The position numbers were made by a program, and so were the translations under genes. Of a stretch of DNA of 64,000 nt, positions 35,841 to 47,965 are shown piece after piece. The number at the start of each line of letters is the position of its first letter. The stretch's first letter is position 1. The stretch lies in assembly GCA_016218815.1 (NCBI GenBank), contig JACRCX010000097.1, positions 25,566 to 89,565 on the forward strand, in the 5' to 3' direction. This DNA comes from Deltaproteobacteria bacterium. GTDB lineage: Bacteria; Myxococcota_A; Polyangia; DRWM01; JAAZOP01. The notes beneath the pieces were generated by a model that was not told the origin of the DNA, did not search any database, and saw only the letters and a program-made list of their open reading frames with translations.

Positions 35841-36404
35841 CTACCCCGGGGGCTCGTCGTCGAGGGTCGCGATGTAGGGGAGGTTGCGGTGCTTTTCGGC
35901 GTAGTCCAGGCCGTAGCCGACGACGAACTGATTCGGAATCGTGAAGCCCAGGTAATCGATGGGGACATCGACGAGCTTGCGCTCGGGCTTGTAGAGCAGG
36001 GCGCAGAGCTTCACGTCGGCCGGGTGGCGCGTCTTGATGTTGCGCATGAGGTAGGTCATCGTAAGCCCGGTATCGACGATGTCCTCGACGAAGAGGACGC
36101 GCTTGCCCTCGACGGGACCCGTGAGGTCGGCCGTGATCTCGACGACGCCGGAGGATTCCGAGCGGGCGCCGTAGGAGCGGACGCGCATGAAGTCCAGCTC
36201 CAGAGGGATGTCGATCGTGCGGACCAGGTCGGCGAGGAAGACGAAGCCGCCCTTGAGCACGCTGACCAGCAGCAGATCGCTGCCCTTGTAGTCCGCCGAG
36301 ATCTTCGCCCCCAGCTCGCGGGTCCGGATCCGGATCTCCTCCTCGGAGATGAGCGGGCGGAGGCGATCGATCGAGGCGAACGGGTCGCGCTTGGCGTTCG
36401 GCAT
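35841..36404 (-). CDS. hpt: Hypoxanthine-guanine phosphoribosyltransferase.
   Basis: Full-length protein with PRPP-binding motif VLFVEDIVDTGLTMTYL and typical Hpt N-terminus MPNAKRDPFASIDRLRPLISEEEIRIRTRELGAKISADY. Confidence 0.9.
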   Translation of the reverse strand: MPNAKRDPFASIDRLRPLISEEEIRIRTRELGAKISADYKGSDLLLVSVLKGGFVFLADLVRTIDIPLELDFMRVRSYGARSESSGVVEITADLTGPVEGKRVLFVEDIVDTGLTMTYLMRNIKTRHPADVKLCALLYKPERKLVDVPIDYLGFTIPNQFVVGYGLDYAEKHRNLPYIATLDDEPPG

Positions 36405-36442
36405 GGACGGTCTGGTAGCACGGACGGCGCGGGCGGAGCAAG

Positions 36443-37207
36443 GTGGCGTCGCGGACGGCCGGTGTGCTATGCAAGCCGGCCGTGGAGCAGCAGCTTTTCT
36501 CGATCGTCTCGTACCTCGTGCCCATGCTCCTGTCGTTGACGGTGCACGAGTACTGCCACGCCCGCGTCGCCTGGTGGCTGGGCGACGACACGGCCTCCTC
36601 GCAGGGGCGGCTCACGCTCAACCCCCTGGCCCACGCCGACCCGATCGGGACCTTCCTGATGCCGATCGTGGCACAGCTCGCCGGCGGCCTGCCGCTCATC
36701 GGCTGGGCGCGGCCGGTGCCCGTGTCGCCGCACCGTTTCACGCGCCGGGTCTCCATGCACGCCGGCATGGCGCTGACGGCCGCCGCCGGCCCGCTCTCCA
36801 ACCTGATCCTCACGTTCCTCTCCGTCCTCGGGCTGCGGATCCTCGCCACGTCGTCCGGCCTCGATCTCAACACGCTGTACCTGGTGGAACTGCTCACCAA
36901 CCATGGAGATCACAGGACATCCGTCGATATTGCCGCCCATCTGCTGCTGATCATGTCCTTCATGAACGCCGGCCTGTGCATCTTCAACCTCATTCCGCTG
37001 CCGCCGCTCGACGGCAGCCGGCTCCTGCCGCCCCGCCTCCAGACTCTGGTCGCGCCGCTGCAGGCCTTCTCGTACATGGTGCTCCTGGCCATCATGTGGT
37101 TCGCGGGCGGGATCGTCCGCATCCCGGTGGCCTACCTGCTGATCGGCGCGTTCAACGTGGTCGGCCTGCCCACCGAGATGCTGTGGTGGATGGTGCACGG
37201 CGGATGA
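36443..37207 (+). CDS. Site-2 protease / peptidase M50-family membrane metalloprotease (254 aa).
   Basis: HExxH in a TM helix (LSLTVHEYCHARVAWWLGDD). Multiple TM segments. The second metal-ligand region is NLIPLPPLDGSRLL (LDG motif). Confidence 0.75.
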   Translation: MASRTAGVLCKPAVEQQLFSIVSYLVPMLLSLTVHEYCHARVAWWLGDDTASSQGRLTLNPLAHADPIGTFLMPIVAQLAGGLPLIGWARPVPVSPHRFTRRVSMHAGMALTAAAGPLSNLILTFLSVLGLRILATSSGLDLNTLYLVELLTNHGDHRTSVDIAAHLLLIMSFMNAGLCIFNLIPLPPLDGSRLLPPRLQTLVAPLQAFSYMVLLAIMWFAGGIVRIPVAYLLIGAFNVVGLPTEMLWWMVHGG

Positions 37208-38193
37208 CGGAGCCGGAAGGCCGCGACGACGCGCCGGGCGGGCCCGAGGGGACCGGGGCGCCGATCCACGTTCCGTACGAGCTGGAGCTGCCCGGCTTCT
37301 CCGGACCGCTCGAGCTGCTGCTGCACCTCATCCGCAAGCACAAGCTCGACATCCTCGACATCCCCGTCGGTTTCGTGACCGAGAAGTACCTCGAGTACAT
37401 CGACGCGATGAAGGTCATCAACCTGGACGTCGCCGGCGAGTACCTCGAGATGGCCGCGACGCTGACGAACATCAAGTCGCGCATGTTGCTGCCGGCGAAC
37501 GCGGCGGAGCCGGAGGAGGCCGTCGCGGAGGAGCAGGGCGATCCGCGCGCGGAGCTGGTCCGCCGGCTGCTCGAGTACCAGAAGTACCGCGACGCGGCCG
37601 ACCAGCTGGGAGCGCTGGATCAGCTCCAGCGCGACGTCTTCGCCCGCCAGGCGGAACGGACGGTGGGGCCCGCGGATCGGCCGCTGGCCGAGGTCGGGCT
37701 GGGCGCACTGCTCGACGCGTTCGCCGCGGTGCTCAAGCGGGTCAGGCCCGACCTCGCACGCGAGGTGACCTCCGAGCGCATCTCGGTGGCGCAGCGTATC
37801 CAGGAGATCGTGGGGCTGCTGGAGGTGCGCCGGCGGATCCGGTTCGAGCAGTTCTTCGAGGGGGCCGCGGGACGGTTCGACGTCGTGGTCACCTTCCTGG
37901 CACTGCTGGAGATGACCAAGCTGCACATGACGCGGCTCCTGCAGGCCGGCCCCGACACCCCGCTGCTCGTCGATTTCGTCGGCCGCGTGGACGGCACGGC
38001 CGACGTCACGTCGGATCGCGTCGAGGACGAAGCGACCCCCGCCGAAGGGCCGGCGACCGGCGAAACCACCGCCGAGACGCCCGCCGAGGTGCCCGCAACC
38101 GGCGACGCCGCAGCCGCGGTGCCCCCTGCTACGATCGCTGCACCGGACGAGGAACCGCGCGAGGCGGACGACCGGCCCAAGGGTGAGTCATGA
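37204..38193 (+). CDS. scpA: Segregation and condensation protein A with an acidic Thr/Ala/Pro-rich C-terminal tail.
   Basis: ATG overlapping the upstream stop. ...PYELELPGFSGPLELLLHLIRKHKLDILDIPVGFVTEKYLEYI... is a canonical ScpA N-terminus. Confidence 0.85.
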   Translation: MTEPEGRDDAPGGPEGTGAPIHVPYELELPGFSGPLELLLHLIRKHKLDILDIPVGFVTEKYLEYIDAMKVINLDVAGEYLEMAATLTNIKSRMLLPANAAEPEEAVAEEQGDPRAELVRRLLEYQKYRDAADQLGALDQLQRDVFARQAERTVGPADRPLAEVGLGALLDAFAAVLKRVRPDLAREVTSERISVAQRIQEIVGLLEVRRRIRFEQFFEGAAGRFDVVVTFLALLEMTKLHMTRLLQAGPDTPLLVDFVGRVDGTADVTSDRVEDEATPAEGPATGETTAETPAEVPATGDAAAAVPPATIAAPDEEPREADDRPKGES

Positions 38194-39386
38194 CGGACGA
38201 GCTCGACGAGAAGGAACCCGCCGCAGAGGAACCTCCCGCCGAGATTGCGGCGCGAGCGGAAGACGAAGAACGGGCGACGGACGCCCTGCCCCCCTCCGCG
38301 CCGGAGGACACCTTCGCCCGCGGCGAGAGTCCCGCGGAGCCGGGCGGGGAGCCCGGCACCGAGGAGCCTCCGCCGGTCGAGGTCGGCGCGCGGACGGACG
38401 AGGCGACGCGCGCGGAGAATGGCGGCGCCCGCGTCGAGGGCCCGGACCAAGAACCAACGACCAACGACCAGGAACTGCCCCCGGAACGGGGGCCTGCTCC
38501 GGCGCGTGTCGAGTACGACGACGAGACGCTGGCGCGGCACGTCGAGGCGCTGCTGTTCGTCGCGCTGCGTCCGCTGAGCCTGGCCCAGATGTCCCGCCCG
38601 CTGCGCACGACCTTCGCGGCGGTGCGCCGGGCGCTCAAGTCCATCGGCGTCGCACGGGAGGCGAGCGGTGTGCGTCTGGTGGAGGTCGGCGGCGGCTGGC
38701 AGCTCCGCACGGCGCCGGAGTGCGCGGAGGTCGTGCGCAAGTTCCTCGACGTCAAGCCGCTGCGCCTGTCCAAGGCGGCGATGGAGACGCTGGCGGTGAT
38801 CGCCTACCGGCAGCCGGTGACCAAGCCCGACGTCGACGACATCCGCGGCGTCGATTCCGGCAGCGCGGTCAAGCTGCTGCTCGACCGGAACCTCGTCCGC
38901 GTCCTGGGCCGCAAGGAGGAGCCGGGCCGCCCGCTGCTGTACGGCACCACGCCCTCGTTCCTGGAGTTCTTCGGTTTGGGAAACCTCGGCGATCTGCCGT
39001 CGCTGCGCGAGTATGCCGAGCTGTCCGAGGACGGACGCCGGCAGCTCGAGCGCGACCTTTTCGCGCGCGCGCCCGAACCGCTCCCCGGCGACGAAGGGGC
39101 GCGCCTGCCGGCCGCGCGGCACTGGCAGGATCTGGTCGAGGTGCTGGGCGACGACCTGGGCGGGCTGCCCGAAGGGGTGGAGGTCGAGCCCGTGTCCACG
39201 GGCGACCCGCTGGAGGACTATTTGCGGGGAGCGGGCAAGGCGGCGGGGGGAGGCGACGTCCCGGCCGGACAGGGTGCGGGCGAACACGCCTGCCCCGAGC
39301 CCGGTAGCGGGGACGACGCCTGCCCCGAGCCCGGTCGAGGGGACCCTGTCGACGACCAAGTCGATGAAGAAGAGGATGGGGGCTGA
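38190..39386 (+). CDS. scpB: Segregation and condensation protein B, unusually long (398 aa). The ScpB winged-helix core is flanked by an approximately 130-aa acidic Pro/Glu-rich N-terminal extension and an approximately 100-aa C-terminal extension.
   Basis: Core VEALLFVALRPLSLAQMSR...RLVEVGGGWQLRTAPE...AMETLAVIAYRQPVTKPDVDDIRGVDSGSAVKLLLDRNLV...GRPLLYGTTPSFLEFFGL. The start overlaps the scpA stop (ATGA). Confidence 0.85.
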   Translation: MTDELDEKEPAAEEPPAEIAARAEDEERATDALPPSAPEDTFARGESPAEPGGEPGTEEPPPVEVGARTDEATRAENGGARVEGPDQEPTTNDQELPPERGPAPARVEYDDETLARHVEALLFVALRPLSLAQMSRPLRTTFAAVRRALKSIGVAREASGVRLVEVGGGWQLRTAPECAEVVRKFLDVKPLRLSKAAMETLAVIAYRQPVTKPDVDDIRGVDSGSAVKLLLDRNLVRVLGRKEEPGRPLLYGTTPSFLEFFGLGNLGDLPSLREYAELSEDGRRQLERDLFARAPEPLPGDEGARLPAARHWQDLVEVLGDDLGGLPEGVEVEPVSTGDPLEDYLRGAGKAAGGGDVPAGQGAGEHACPEPGSGDDACPEPGRGDPVDDQVDEEEDGG

Positions 39387-39398
39387 GGAGGAAGGGCG

Positions 39399-42296
<2,898 letters not shown>

Positions 42297-42364
42297 CACG
42301 AAGCACGATCGTCGCCCCGAAGGCGCGGACGCCGACGCCGAGGTCGCGGGGGACGTACCGGCGA

Positions 42365-42432
42365 CCACCGACCACCCGCCACAAGCTACCAGCTACCAGC
42401 CACCAGCAACCGGCCACCAGCAACCGGCCACT
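42365..42432 (+). repeat. Dispersed repeat with CTACCAGCCACCAGC(A/C)ACCGGCCACC units; a sibling is at 47855-47895.
   Basis: Seen directly. Intergenic between ppdK and the ammonia-lyase gene. Confidence 0.55.
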
Positions 42433-42607
42433 GCCCGGCCGCGCCGCTTGACGCCGGGCGTTCCCGCGCGATAAGCCGCTGGTGCGCAGGTCGGGGCTCG
42501 ACTCCGGCCCAGCGGGGCGGGTGGGTGCGAAAAGGCCGGCGGAGCGTCCGGGCCCGCGGCGCCGGCCATCCCTCGCGGCCCGTTGCGGTGTTCCGGAGGC
42601 ATTTCGC

Positions 42608-44137
42608 ATGGCCCTCTCCGTGACCGGGAAGAACCTGACGATCGACGACGTGGTGAAGGTCGCGCGCAGCGGCGAGAAGGTGGAGCTCTGCGCCGACGCC
42701 GAGGCGCGCATCCGCAAATGCCGCACGTTCCTCGAGGAGCGGCTGGCGGCGCGCGAGATCATGTACGGCACGAACACGGGGATCGGCGAGTTCTCGGAGA
42801 TCGTGCTCTCCGACGAGCAGGTGAGCCAGTTCCAGCGGTTCCTCATCTACAACCACGCGGCCGGCATCGGCGAACCGTGCCCCGTGGACCACGTCCGCGC
42901 CGCGATGCTCAGTCGCATCAACGTCCACGCGCACGGGCACTCCGCGTGCCGCCTCGAGATCACCCGCTGCTATGTCGACATGCTCAACAAGGGCGTGACG
43001 CCGGTCGTCTGCCGCAAGGGCTCGGTGGGCGCGTGCGGCGACCTGGCCCCGATGAGCCAGATCGCGCTCTCGCTGATGGGGGAAGGCGAATCGTTCTACG
43101 AGGGCGCGCGGATGCCGACGGCGAAGGCGCAGGAGCGGGCGGGCATCAAACCTCCGGGTCTCCAGGCGCGCGACGGCCTGGCGGCGATCAACGGCTCGAA
43201 CTTGATCACCGGCATCGGCTGCCTGACGGTGCACGACGCCGAGCGCTGGCTGTTGCAGGCCGAGATCGCCGCGGCGATGACGCTCGAGGCGCTGAAGGCG
43301 AACATGAAGCCGTACGACCGGCGGCTGCACGAGCTGCGCGGCTTCCCCGGGGCGATCACCAGCGCGCTCAACCTGCGCAAGGTGATGGAGGGCTCCGACC
43401 TGCTGGCGGGCCGCACGAAGACCAAGGTCCAGGACGCCTACTCGATGCGCTCCACGCCGCAGGTGATCGGCGCGGCGCGCGACCAGCTCCGCTGGACCCG
43501 CAGCCAGCTCGAGATCGAGCTGAACGGCGTCGCGGACAACCCCATCTTCGTGCCCGACGACAAGGTCGTGCTCACCGGCGCCAACTTCCAGGGCTCGCCG
43601 ATCAGCGTCCCCCTGGACACCGCGGGGGCCGCCCTCGCGATGATCTGCGTGCTCTCGGAGCGCCGCCTGAACCGGCTGACCAACCCGGCGCTCTCCGCCG
43701 GACTTCCCGCCTTCCTGACCAAGGGCGCCGGGATGTTCTCCGGCATGATGCTCAGCCAGTACACCGCCTGCATGCAGGTGGTCGAGCAGAAGATCCTTTC
43801 CGGTCCCGCCTTCATCGAATCCATCCCGGCCGCGGCCGACCAGGAGGACTTCGTCTCCATGGGCATGAACTCCGCCCTCAAGACGGCGCAGATCCTCGAG
43901 GTCGCCAACGGCGTCCTCGGCATCGAGTTCATGGCCGCCGCCCAGGCGCTCGACTTCCGCGAGTACCTGCCCGGCAAGGGGACCGCCGCCGCGAAGGCCG
44001 CGGTCCGCCGGCGCGTCGCGCACCTCGACGAGGACCGCCCGTTGTTCCCGGATCACAACGTCATGATGGAATGCGTCAGGAACCTCGAGCCGCTGCGCGC
44101 GGTCGAGGAGGCGATCGGTCCGTTGGCGATCTACTGA
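42608..44137 (+). CDS. Aromatic amino acid ammonia-lyase family enzyme (HAL/PAL/TAL-type, 509 aa). The MIO-forming tripeptide position carries Ala142-Cys143-Gly144 instead of Ala-Ser-Gly.
   Basis: Family blocks are FLIYNHAAGIG, GSVGACGDLAPMSQIAL (HAL: GSVGASGDLAPLSH) and GANFQGSPISV. The length matches HAL. ATG at 42608. No hutU/hutI neighbours. Confidence 0.85.
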   Translation: MALSVTGKNLTIDDVVKVARSGEKVELCADAEARIRKCRTFLEERLAAREIMYGTNTGIGEFSEIVLSDEQVSQFQRFLIYNHAAGIGEPCPVDHVRAAMLSRINVHAHGHSACRLEITRCYVDMLNKGVTPVVCRKGSVGACGDLAPMSQIALSLMGEGESFYEGARMPTAKAQERAGIKPPGLQARDGLAAINGSNLITGIGCLTVHDAERWLLQAEIAAAMTLEALKANMKPYDRRLHELRGFPGAITSALNLRKVMEGSDLLAGRTKTKVQDAYSMRSTPQVIGAARDQLRWTRSQLEIELNGVADNPIFVPDDKVVLTGANFQGSPISVPLDTAGAALAMICVLSERRLNRLTNPALSAGLPAFLTKGAGMFSGMMLSQYTACMQVVEQKILSGPAFIESIPAAADQEDFVSMGMNSALKTAQILEVANGVLGIEFMAAAQALDFREYLPGKGTAAAKAAVRRRVAHLDEDRPLFPDHNVMMECVRNLEPLRAVEEAIGPLAIY

Positions 44138-44192
44138 ACTACGAGTCCCACGCCCTGCGACGGCGCGTCAGACATTTCCGGACCGGGCGGCT

Positions 44193-44474
44193 TCAGCAGT
44201 CCTCGCCCGTGACGTGGCAGGTGCACTCGCAGCGCCCGACCGCCTCGCACTGGCCGTCCAACTCGCGGGCGCACGAGTTCGCGCCGTCCGACACCGCCTC
44301 GGAGATGTCGTCGTCGTCGGCGCAGACGTCGACGGTGACCGACAGCTCGTGATCGTCGCACGCCCCGGTGCACGTGCACTCCCACTCGTCGTCGGAGTCG
44401 TCTTCGTCGCCGGCCCATGCCGCCGGCGCCGCGCCCATCGCCACCGCAGCCACGATTGCCAGCACTGCCCTCAT
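44193..44474 (-). CDS. Small secreted Cys-rich acidic protein (93 aa; 10 Cys in the roughly 70-aa mature part).
   Basis: ATG 44472-44474 confirmed. Signal MRAVLAIVAAVAMGAAPAAWAG, then DEDDSDDEWECTCTGACDDHELSVTVDVCADDDDISEAVSDGANSCARELDGQCEAVGRCECTCHVTGEDC. Confidence 0.5.
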   Translation of the reverse strand: MRAVLAIVAAVAMGAAPAAWAGDEDDSDDEWECTCTGACDDHELSVTVDVCADDDDISEAVSDGANSCARELDGQCEAVGRCECTCHVTGEDC

Positions 44475-44583
44475 CTTCCGTCCTCCCGATTCCCCGCGGG
44501 GCGTCCCCGGCCCCTGACCGCGCATGATGCCGGCCGCCTCCGCGGGCCGGGCGGCGCAAAGACTACCGATCCGCACGGCGTAT

Positions 44584-45579
44584 TCAAGGGACGAGCACCG
44601 CGGCGCCACGGATCCGGCTCTCCTTGAGCCGCCGGAGGACCTCGTTGGCCTCTTCCAGCCGGTACTCCTCGACCTCGGCGCGAATCGGGATCCGCGGGGC
44701 CAGGTCGAGCAGCTCTTCCACGTCCCGGCGGGTGCTGTTGGCGACCGAGCGCACGGTCCGCTCGCCGTAGAGGAGGGGGTACTCCAGCTCCGGAATCGGG
44801 CTCATCGTGATCCCGGCCAGGGCGAGCGTTCCACCGGGACGCAGGGCGCGCAGCGCGTCGTGCACCTGCCCCCCCGCGGGCGAGAAGATGACGGCCGCGT
44901 CGAGCGGCCGGGGAGGGGGGTCGGAGGGTCCGCCGGCCCAGGCGGCGCCAAGCTCGAGGGCGTGGCGCCGGTGCGCCTCGCTGCGCGTAAGGACGTGGAC
45001 CTCGCAGCCGCGGTGCACGGCGACCTGGATGGTGACGTGGGCCGAGGCGCCGAAGCCCCACATGCCGAGCCGCCAGCCGGGTCGGACTTCGGACAGACGC
45101 AGGGCACGGTAACCGATGACGCCGGCACACAAGAGCGGCGCCGCCTGGACGTCGGGGTAGGCGTCGGGGACGCGGAAGGCGAACTCGGCCGGGGCGAGCG
45201 TCTTCGCAGCGAACCCGCCGTCCGCATGGAACCCGTTGAATTCGGCATGTTCACAGAGGTTCTCTCGACCGTTCCGGCAATGTTCGCACGACCCGCAGGT
45301 CCGGCGGAGCCAAGGGAGACCCACGCGGTCACCGACGCGGAACCTCTCGACGCCGGCGCCCAGCCGCTCGACCACGCCGACGATCTGGTGGCCGGGGACG
45401 ACGGGCAGCCGGGGCAGGCGCAGATCGCCTTCGACCACATGGAGATCGGTGTGGCAGACCCCGCAAGCGCGGACCGCCACGAGGACGTCGCCCGGGCCCG
45501 GTTGGGGCTCCGGCAGGTCGCGAGCGGCGAGCGGGGCCGACTCGATCGGGGCGGGCTTCTCCAGAACCATGGCGCGCAT
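44584..45579 (-). CDS. Zinc-dependent alcohol dehydrogenase (MDR superfamily).
   Basis: Catalytic Zn ligands GVCHTDLH...GHQIVG (GHE variant). Structural Zn site CGSCEHCRNGRENLC. Rossmann motif MWGFGASAH-like GxGxxG. ATG at 45577-45579. Confidence 0.85.
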   Translation of the reverse strand: MRAMVLEKPAPIESAPLAARDLPEPQPGPGDVLVAVRACGVCHTDLHVVEGDLRLPRLPVVPGHQIVGVVERLGAGVERFRVGDRVGLPWLRRTCGSCEHCRNGRENLCEHAEFNGFHADGGFAAKTLAPAEFAFRVPDAYPDVQAAPLLCAGVIGYRALRLSEVRPGWRLGMWGFGASAHVTIQVAVHRGCEVHVLTRSEAHRRHALELGAAWAGGPSDPPPRPLDAAVIFSPAGGQVHDALRALRPGGTLALAGITMSPIPELEYPLLYGERTVRSVANSTRRDVEELLDLAPRIPIRAEVEEYRLEEANEVLRRLKESRIRGAAVLVP

Positions 45580-45597
45580 GACGAGGATGGTAACCCA

Positions 45598-45725
45598 ACT
45601 TGGCGTTCTTTGCGTTCCTTGGCGTCCTTTGCGCGCCTGCCCTGAGCGACGTCGAAGGGAACTCCGGGCCGGGTCGACCCTGCGGCCATCGGTCCCCTTT
45701 GCGCCCTTCGCGCGAAATCCGCTAT
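45598..45725 (+). repeat. CTTTGCG direct-repeat array (TTGGCGTTCTTTGCGTTCCTTGGCGTCCTTTGCGCGCC ... CCCCTTTGCGCCCTTCGCGCGAAATCCGC) in the divergent region between the ADH gene and pyrF. It ends 20 nt before the pyrF start.
   Basis: Seen directly. Shares the ...CTTTGCGCGAAAT(T/C)C terminal block with the array upstream of MoxR. Confidence 0.65.
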
Positions 45726-45746
45726 GCTCGGTGGCCAAGGCGCTCG

Positions 45747-46457
45747 ATGGATTCCCGCGACCGGCTCGTATTCGCATTGGACGTGCCTGACGGCCACGCG
45801 GCGCTGCGTCTGGTGCGGCTGCTGGCGGGCGAGGTCGGGACGTTCAAGGTGGGGCTGGAGCTGTTCTGCGCGGAGGGCCCGGCGCTGGTGCGGGAGGTTT
45901 CGCAGCGGGGCGGGGCGGTGTTCCTGGACCTCAAGCTGCACGACATCCCGGCGACCGTGGGCCGGGCGGTCTCCCGGGCGCTGGCAGGCGGCGGCGTGCG
46001 CTGGCTCACGGTGCACACCGGCGGGGGACGGCAGATGCTCGAGGCGGCCGTGCGCGAGGCCGGCACCGGGGCGGGAATCCTGGGGGTGACGGTGCTGACG
46101 AGCCTGAACGAGGCCGGCGCGGTGGAGGCCGGGCTGTCGCCTCCGCTGGGGAATCTGGTCGTGCGGCGGGCGGCGCTGGCCGTGGACTGCGGTTGTGCCG
46201 GGGTGGTGGCTTCGCCGCAGGAGGCGGGGGCCATCCGGCGCGTGGTGGGGCCGGGGCCGTTGATCGTGACGCCGGGGATCCGGCCGCCGGGTGCGGCGGC
46301 GGGCGACCAGCAGCGCACGTCGACGCCCGCGGAGGCGATCGCCGCCGGCGCCGACGTCGTGGTGGTCGGCCGGCCGATCCGCGATGCGAGCGATCCCGTC
46401 GCCGCGGCGCGCGGGATCCGGAGCGCCATCGAAGAGGCGCTGGGAGGAGCAGTCTGA
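45747..46457 (+). CDS. pyrF: Orotidine 5'-phosphate decarboxylase.
   Basis: RLVFALDVPD...VGTFKVGLELF...VFLDLKLHDIPATV carries the OMP decarboxylase signature (DxKxxDIP). Confidence 0.85.
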   Translation: MDSRDRLVFALDVPDGHAALRLVRLLAGEVGTFKVGLELFCAEGPALVREVSQRGGAVFLDLKLHDIPATVGRAVSRALAGGGVRWLTVHTGGGRQMLEAAVREAGTGAGILGVTVLTSLNEAGAVEAGLSPPLGNLVVRRAALAVDCGCAGVVASPQEAGAIRRVVGPGPLIVTPGIRPPGAAAGDQQRTSTPAEAIAAGADVVVVGRPIRDASDPVAAARGIRSAIEEALGGAV

Positions 46458-47413
46458 TGCGTCGCCGTGGTTCCTCCGCCGCCGGCCATCCGCCGGCATC
46501 ACAGGAAGAGCTGCCTTCGGTCGTGGCGGGCCCTCGCCGTCACCGGAGCGGGAGGCGCGTCGGGACGCCGTCCGAGGCTCCGCGACCGCCGACCGAGCAG
46601 GTGGCGCTGGGGTTCGGCGGGCCGGAGGACGTGGTGGAGGTGGACGTGCCGGGGGGGAGCGAGGCGGGGCGGATCCTGCTTGGACCGCACGCGGTCTCGG
46701 AGGCGCTGCGCGGCGGACGACGCGAGGTTCAGGTCGTCTTCCTCTCGGCGGAGGAGCGGGGCGAGCGGTTCCGCGAGATCGCGCGGCTCGCGAAGCAGCG
46801 CGGCGTACCCTCGCGGCAAGCCGATCCCGATCTCCTCGAGACGCTGGCGGCCGGGCGGGTGCACCAGGGCATCGCCGCGTTGGCCGGACCCTATCCGTAC
46901 CTCGGGCTGGGCGACGTGGAGCGCATCGCCGTGGAGCGCGGCGCGGAGACCCTCGCCGTCGCCCTCGATCAGGTCCAGGATCCGCAGAACCTGGGCGCCA
47001 TCACGCGCTCGTCGGTCGCCTTCGGGGTCGACGTCGTCGTGATGCCCGAGCGCCGGGCGGCGGGGGTGACCGACGCGGTGGTCCGGGCGAGCGCCGGGGC
47101 GACGGAGCTGATGCGCATCGCGCGGGTGCCCAATCTGGCGGAGGCGCTGCGGCGCTTGTCGGGTGCGGGCGTCGAGGTGGTCGGGCTGGACCCGGAGGGG
47201 GAGGCGGATCTGGCGACGGCCGACCTTCATCCTCCGGTGTGCCTGGTGTTCGGCGCGGAAGGCCCCGGGTTGCGCCGGCTCACGCGGGAGCTGTGCCACC
47301 GCCGCGTGCGCATCCCGATCGCGGCGGGCGGGGTGGCGTCGCTCAATATCTCCGTCGCGGCCGGAATCGTCCTGCACGCGATCCGGCACCCCCACCGCAC
47401 GGAGAGGCCGTAG
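46457..47413 (+). CDS. rlmB: SpoU/TrmH-family RNA 2'-O-methyltransferase (RlmB-like) with an N-terminal approximately 70-aa low-complexity extension.
   Basis: Substrate-binding domain ...ILLGPHAVSEALRGGRREVQVVFL. SPOUT motifs ALDQVQDPQNLGAITRSSVAFGV, LVFGAEGPGL and VASLNISVAAGIVLH. The start overlaps the pyrF stop. Confidence 0.8.
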   Translation: MRRRGSSAAGHPPASQEELPSVVAGPRRHRSGRRVGTPSEAPRPPTEQVALGFGGPEDVVEVDVPGGSEAGRILLGPHAVSEALRGGRREVQVVFLSAEERGERFREIARLAKQRGVPSRQADPDLLETLAAGRVHQGIAALAGPYPYLGLGDVERIAVERGAETLAVALDQVQDPQNLGAITRSSVAFGVDVVVMPERRAAGVTDAVVRASAGATELMRIARVPNLAEALRRLSGAGVEVVGLDPEGEADLATADLHPPVCLVFGAEGPGLRRLTRELCHRRVRIPIAAGGVASLNISVAAGIVLHAIRHPHRTERP

Positions 47414-47418
47414 CGCCG

Positions 47419-47793
47419 TCAGCGGATCAGCGCCCAGACGGCCAGACCCGCGGCGTAGGAGGCGGCGTTGGCCAGCGCGCTCATCGCGAGCGCCAGCCAC
47501 GGCCGGTGGGGAACGAGCAGCCTCCAGTAGACGACGGTCTCGACGAGCAGCACGGCGGTCTCCCCGACGACGAGGTAGAGGGGGTAGTTCGGCTTCTCCA
47601 GGACCGATGGGAACAGCGTCCAGGGCACGTACCACAGGGCAGGATGCGTGGCGGCGTTGGCGACGAGGGCGGCGACGAGCACCCGGGCGTCGGAGTGCAG
47701 GAGGCGTGCGCGGCGCGCGACGTACAGCACGATCGGAAGCTCGACCGCCAGCGTCACGGCGGCGGCGATCGCGTACTGCTCGTGGAAGGTCAT
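47419..47793 (-). CDS. Hypothetical small membrane protein (124 aa, 3-4 TM helices).
   Basis: Strongly hydrophobic ORF with natural composition (W/Y/P distribution typical of TM proteins). Confidence 0.5.
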   Translation of the reverse strand: MTFHEQYAIAAAVTLAVELPIVLYVARRARLLHSDARVLVAALVANAATHPALWYVPWTLFPSVLEKPNYPLYLVVGETAVLLVETVVYWRLLVPHRPWLALAMSALANAASYAAGLAVWALIR

Positions 47794-47854
47794 CGCCGCG
47801 AGCCTACCACGACCGGCGCGACTCCGCGGACTGCCCCGAGCGCGCCGCCGCGTC

Positions 47855-47895
47855 CGCTACCAGCCACCAGCCACCCGCCACCAGCGCCACCGGCG
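47855..47895 (+). repeat. Second copy of the CTACCAGCCACCAGCCACC(C/G)GCCACC repeat, in a divergent promoter region.
   Basis: Seen directly. Confidence 0.5.
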
Positions 47896-47965
47896 ACCTT
47901 GCGCCCCCTCGGGGTCGCGGGTACCATTCCGGCGGCATCCGGCGTGTCCGGGCCGGGGAGGATGG

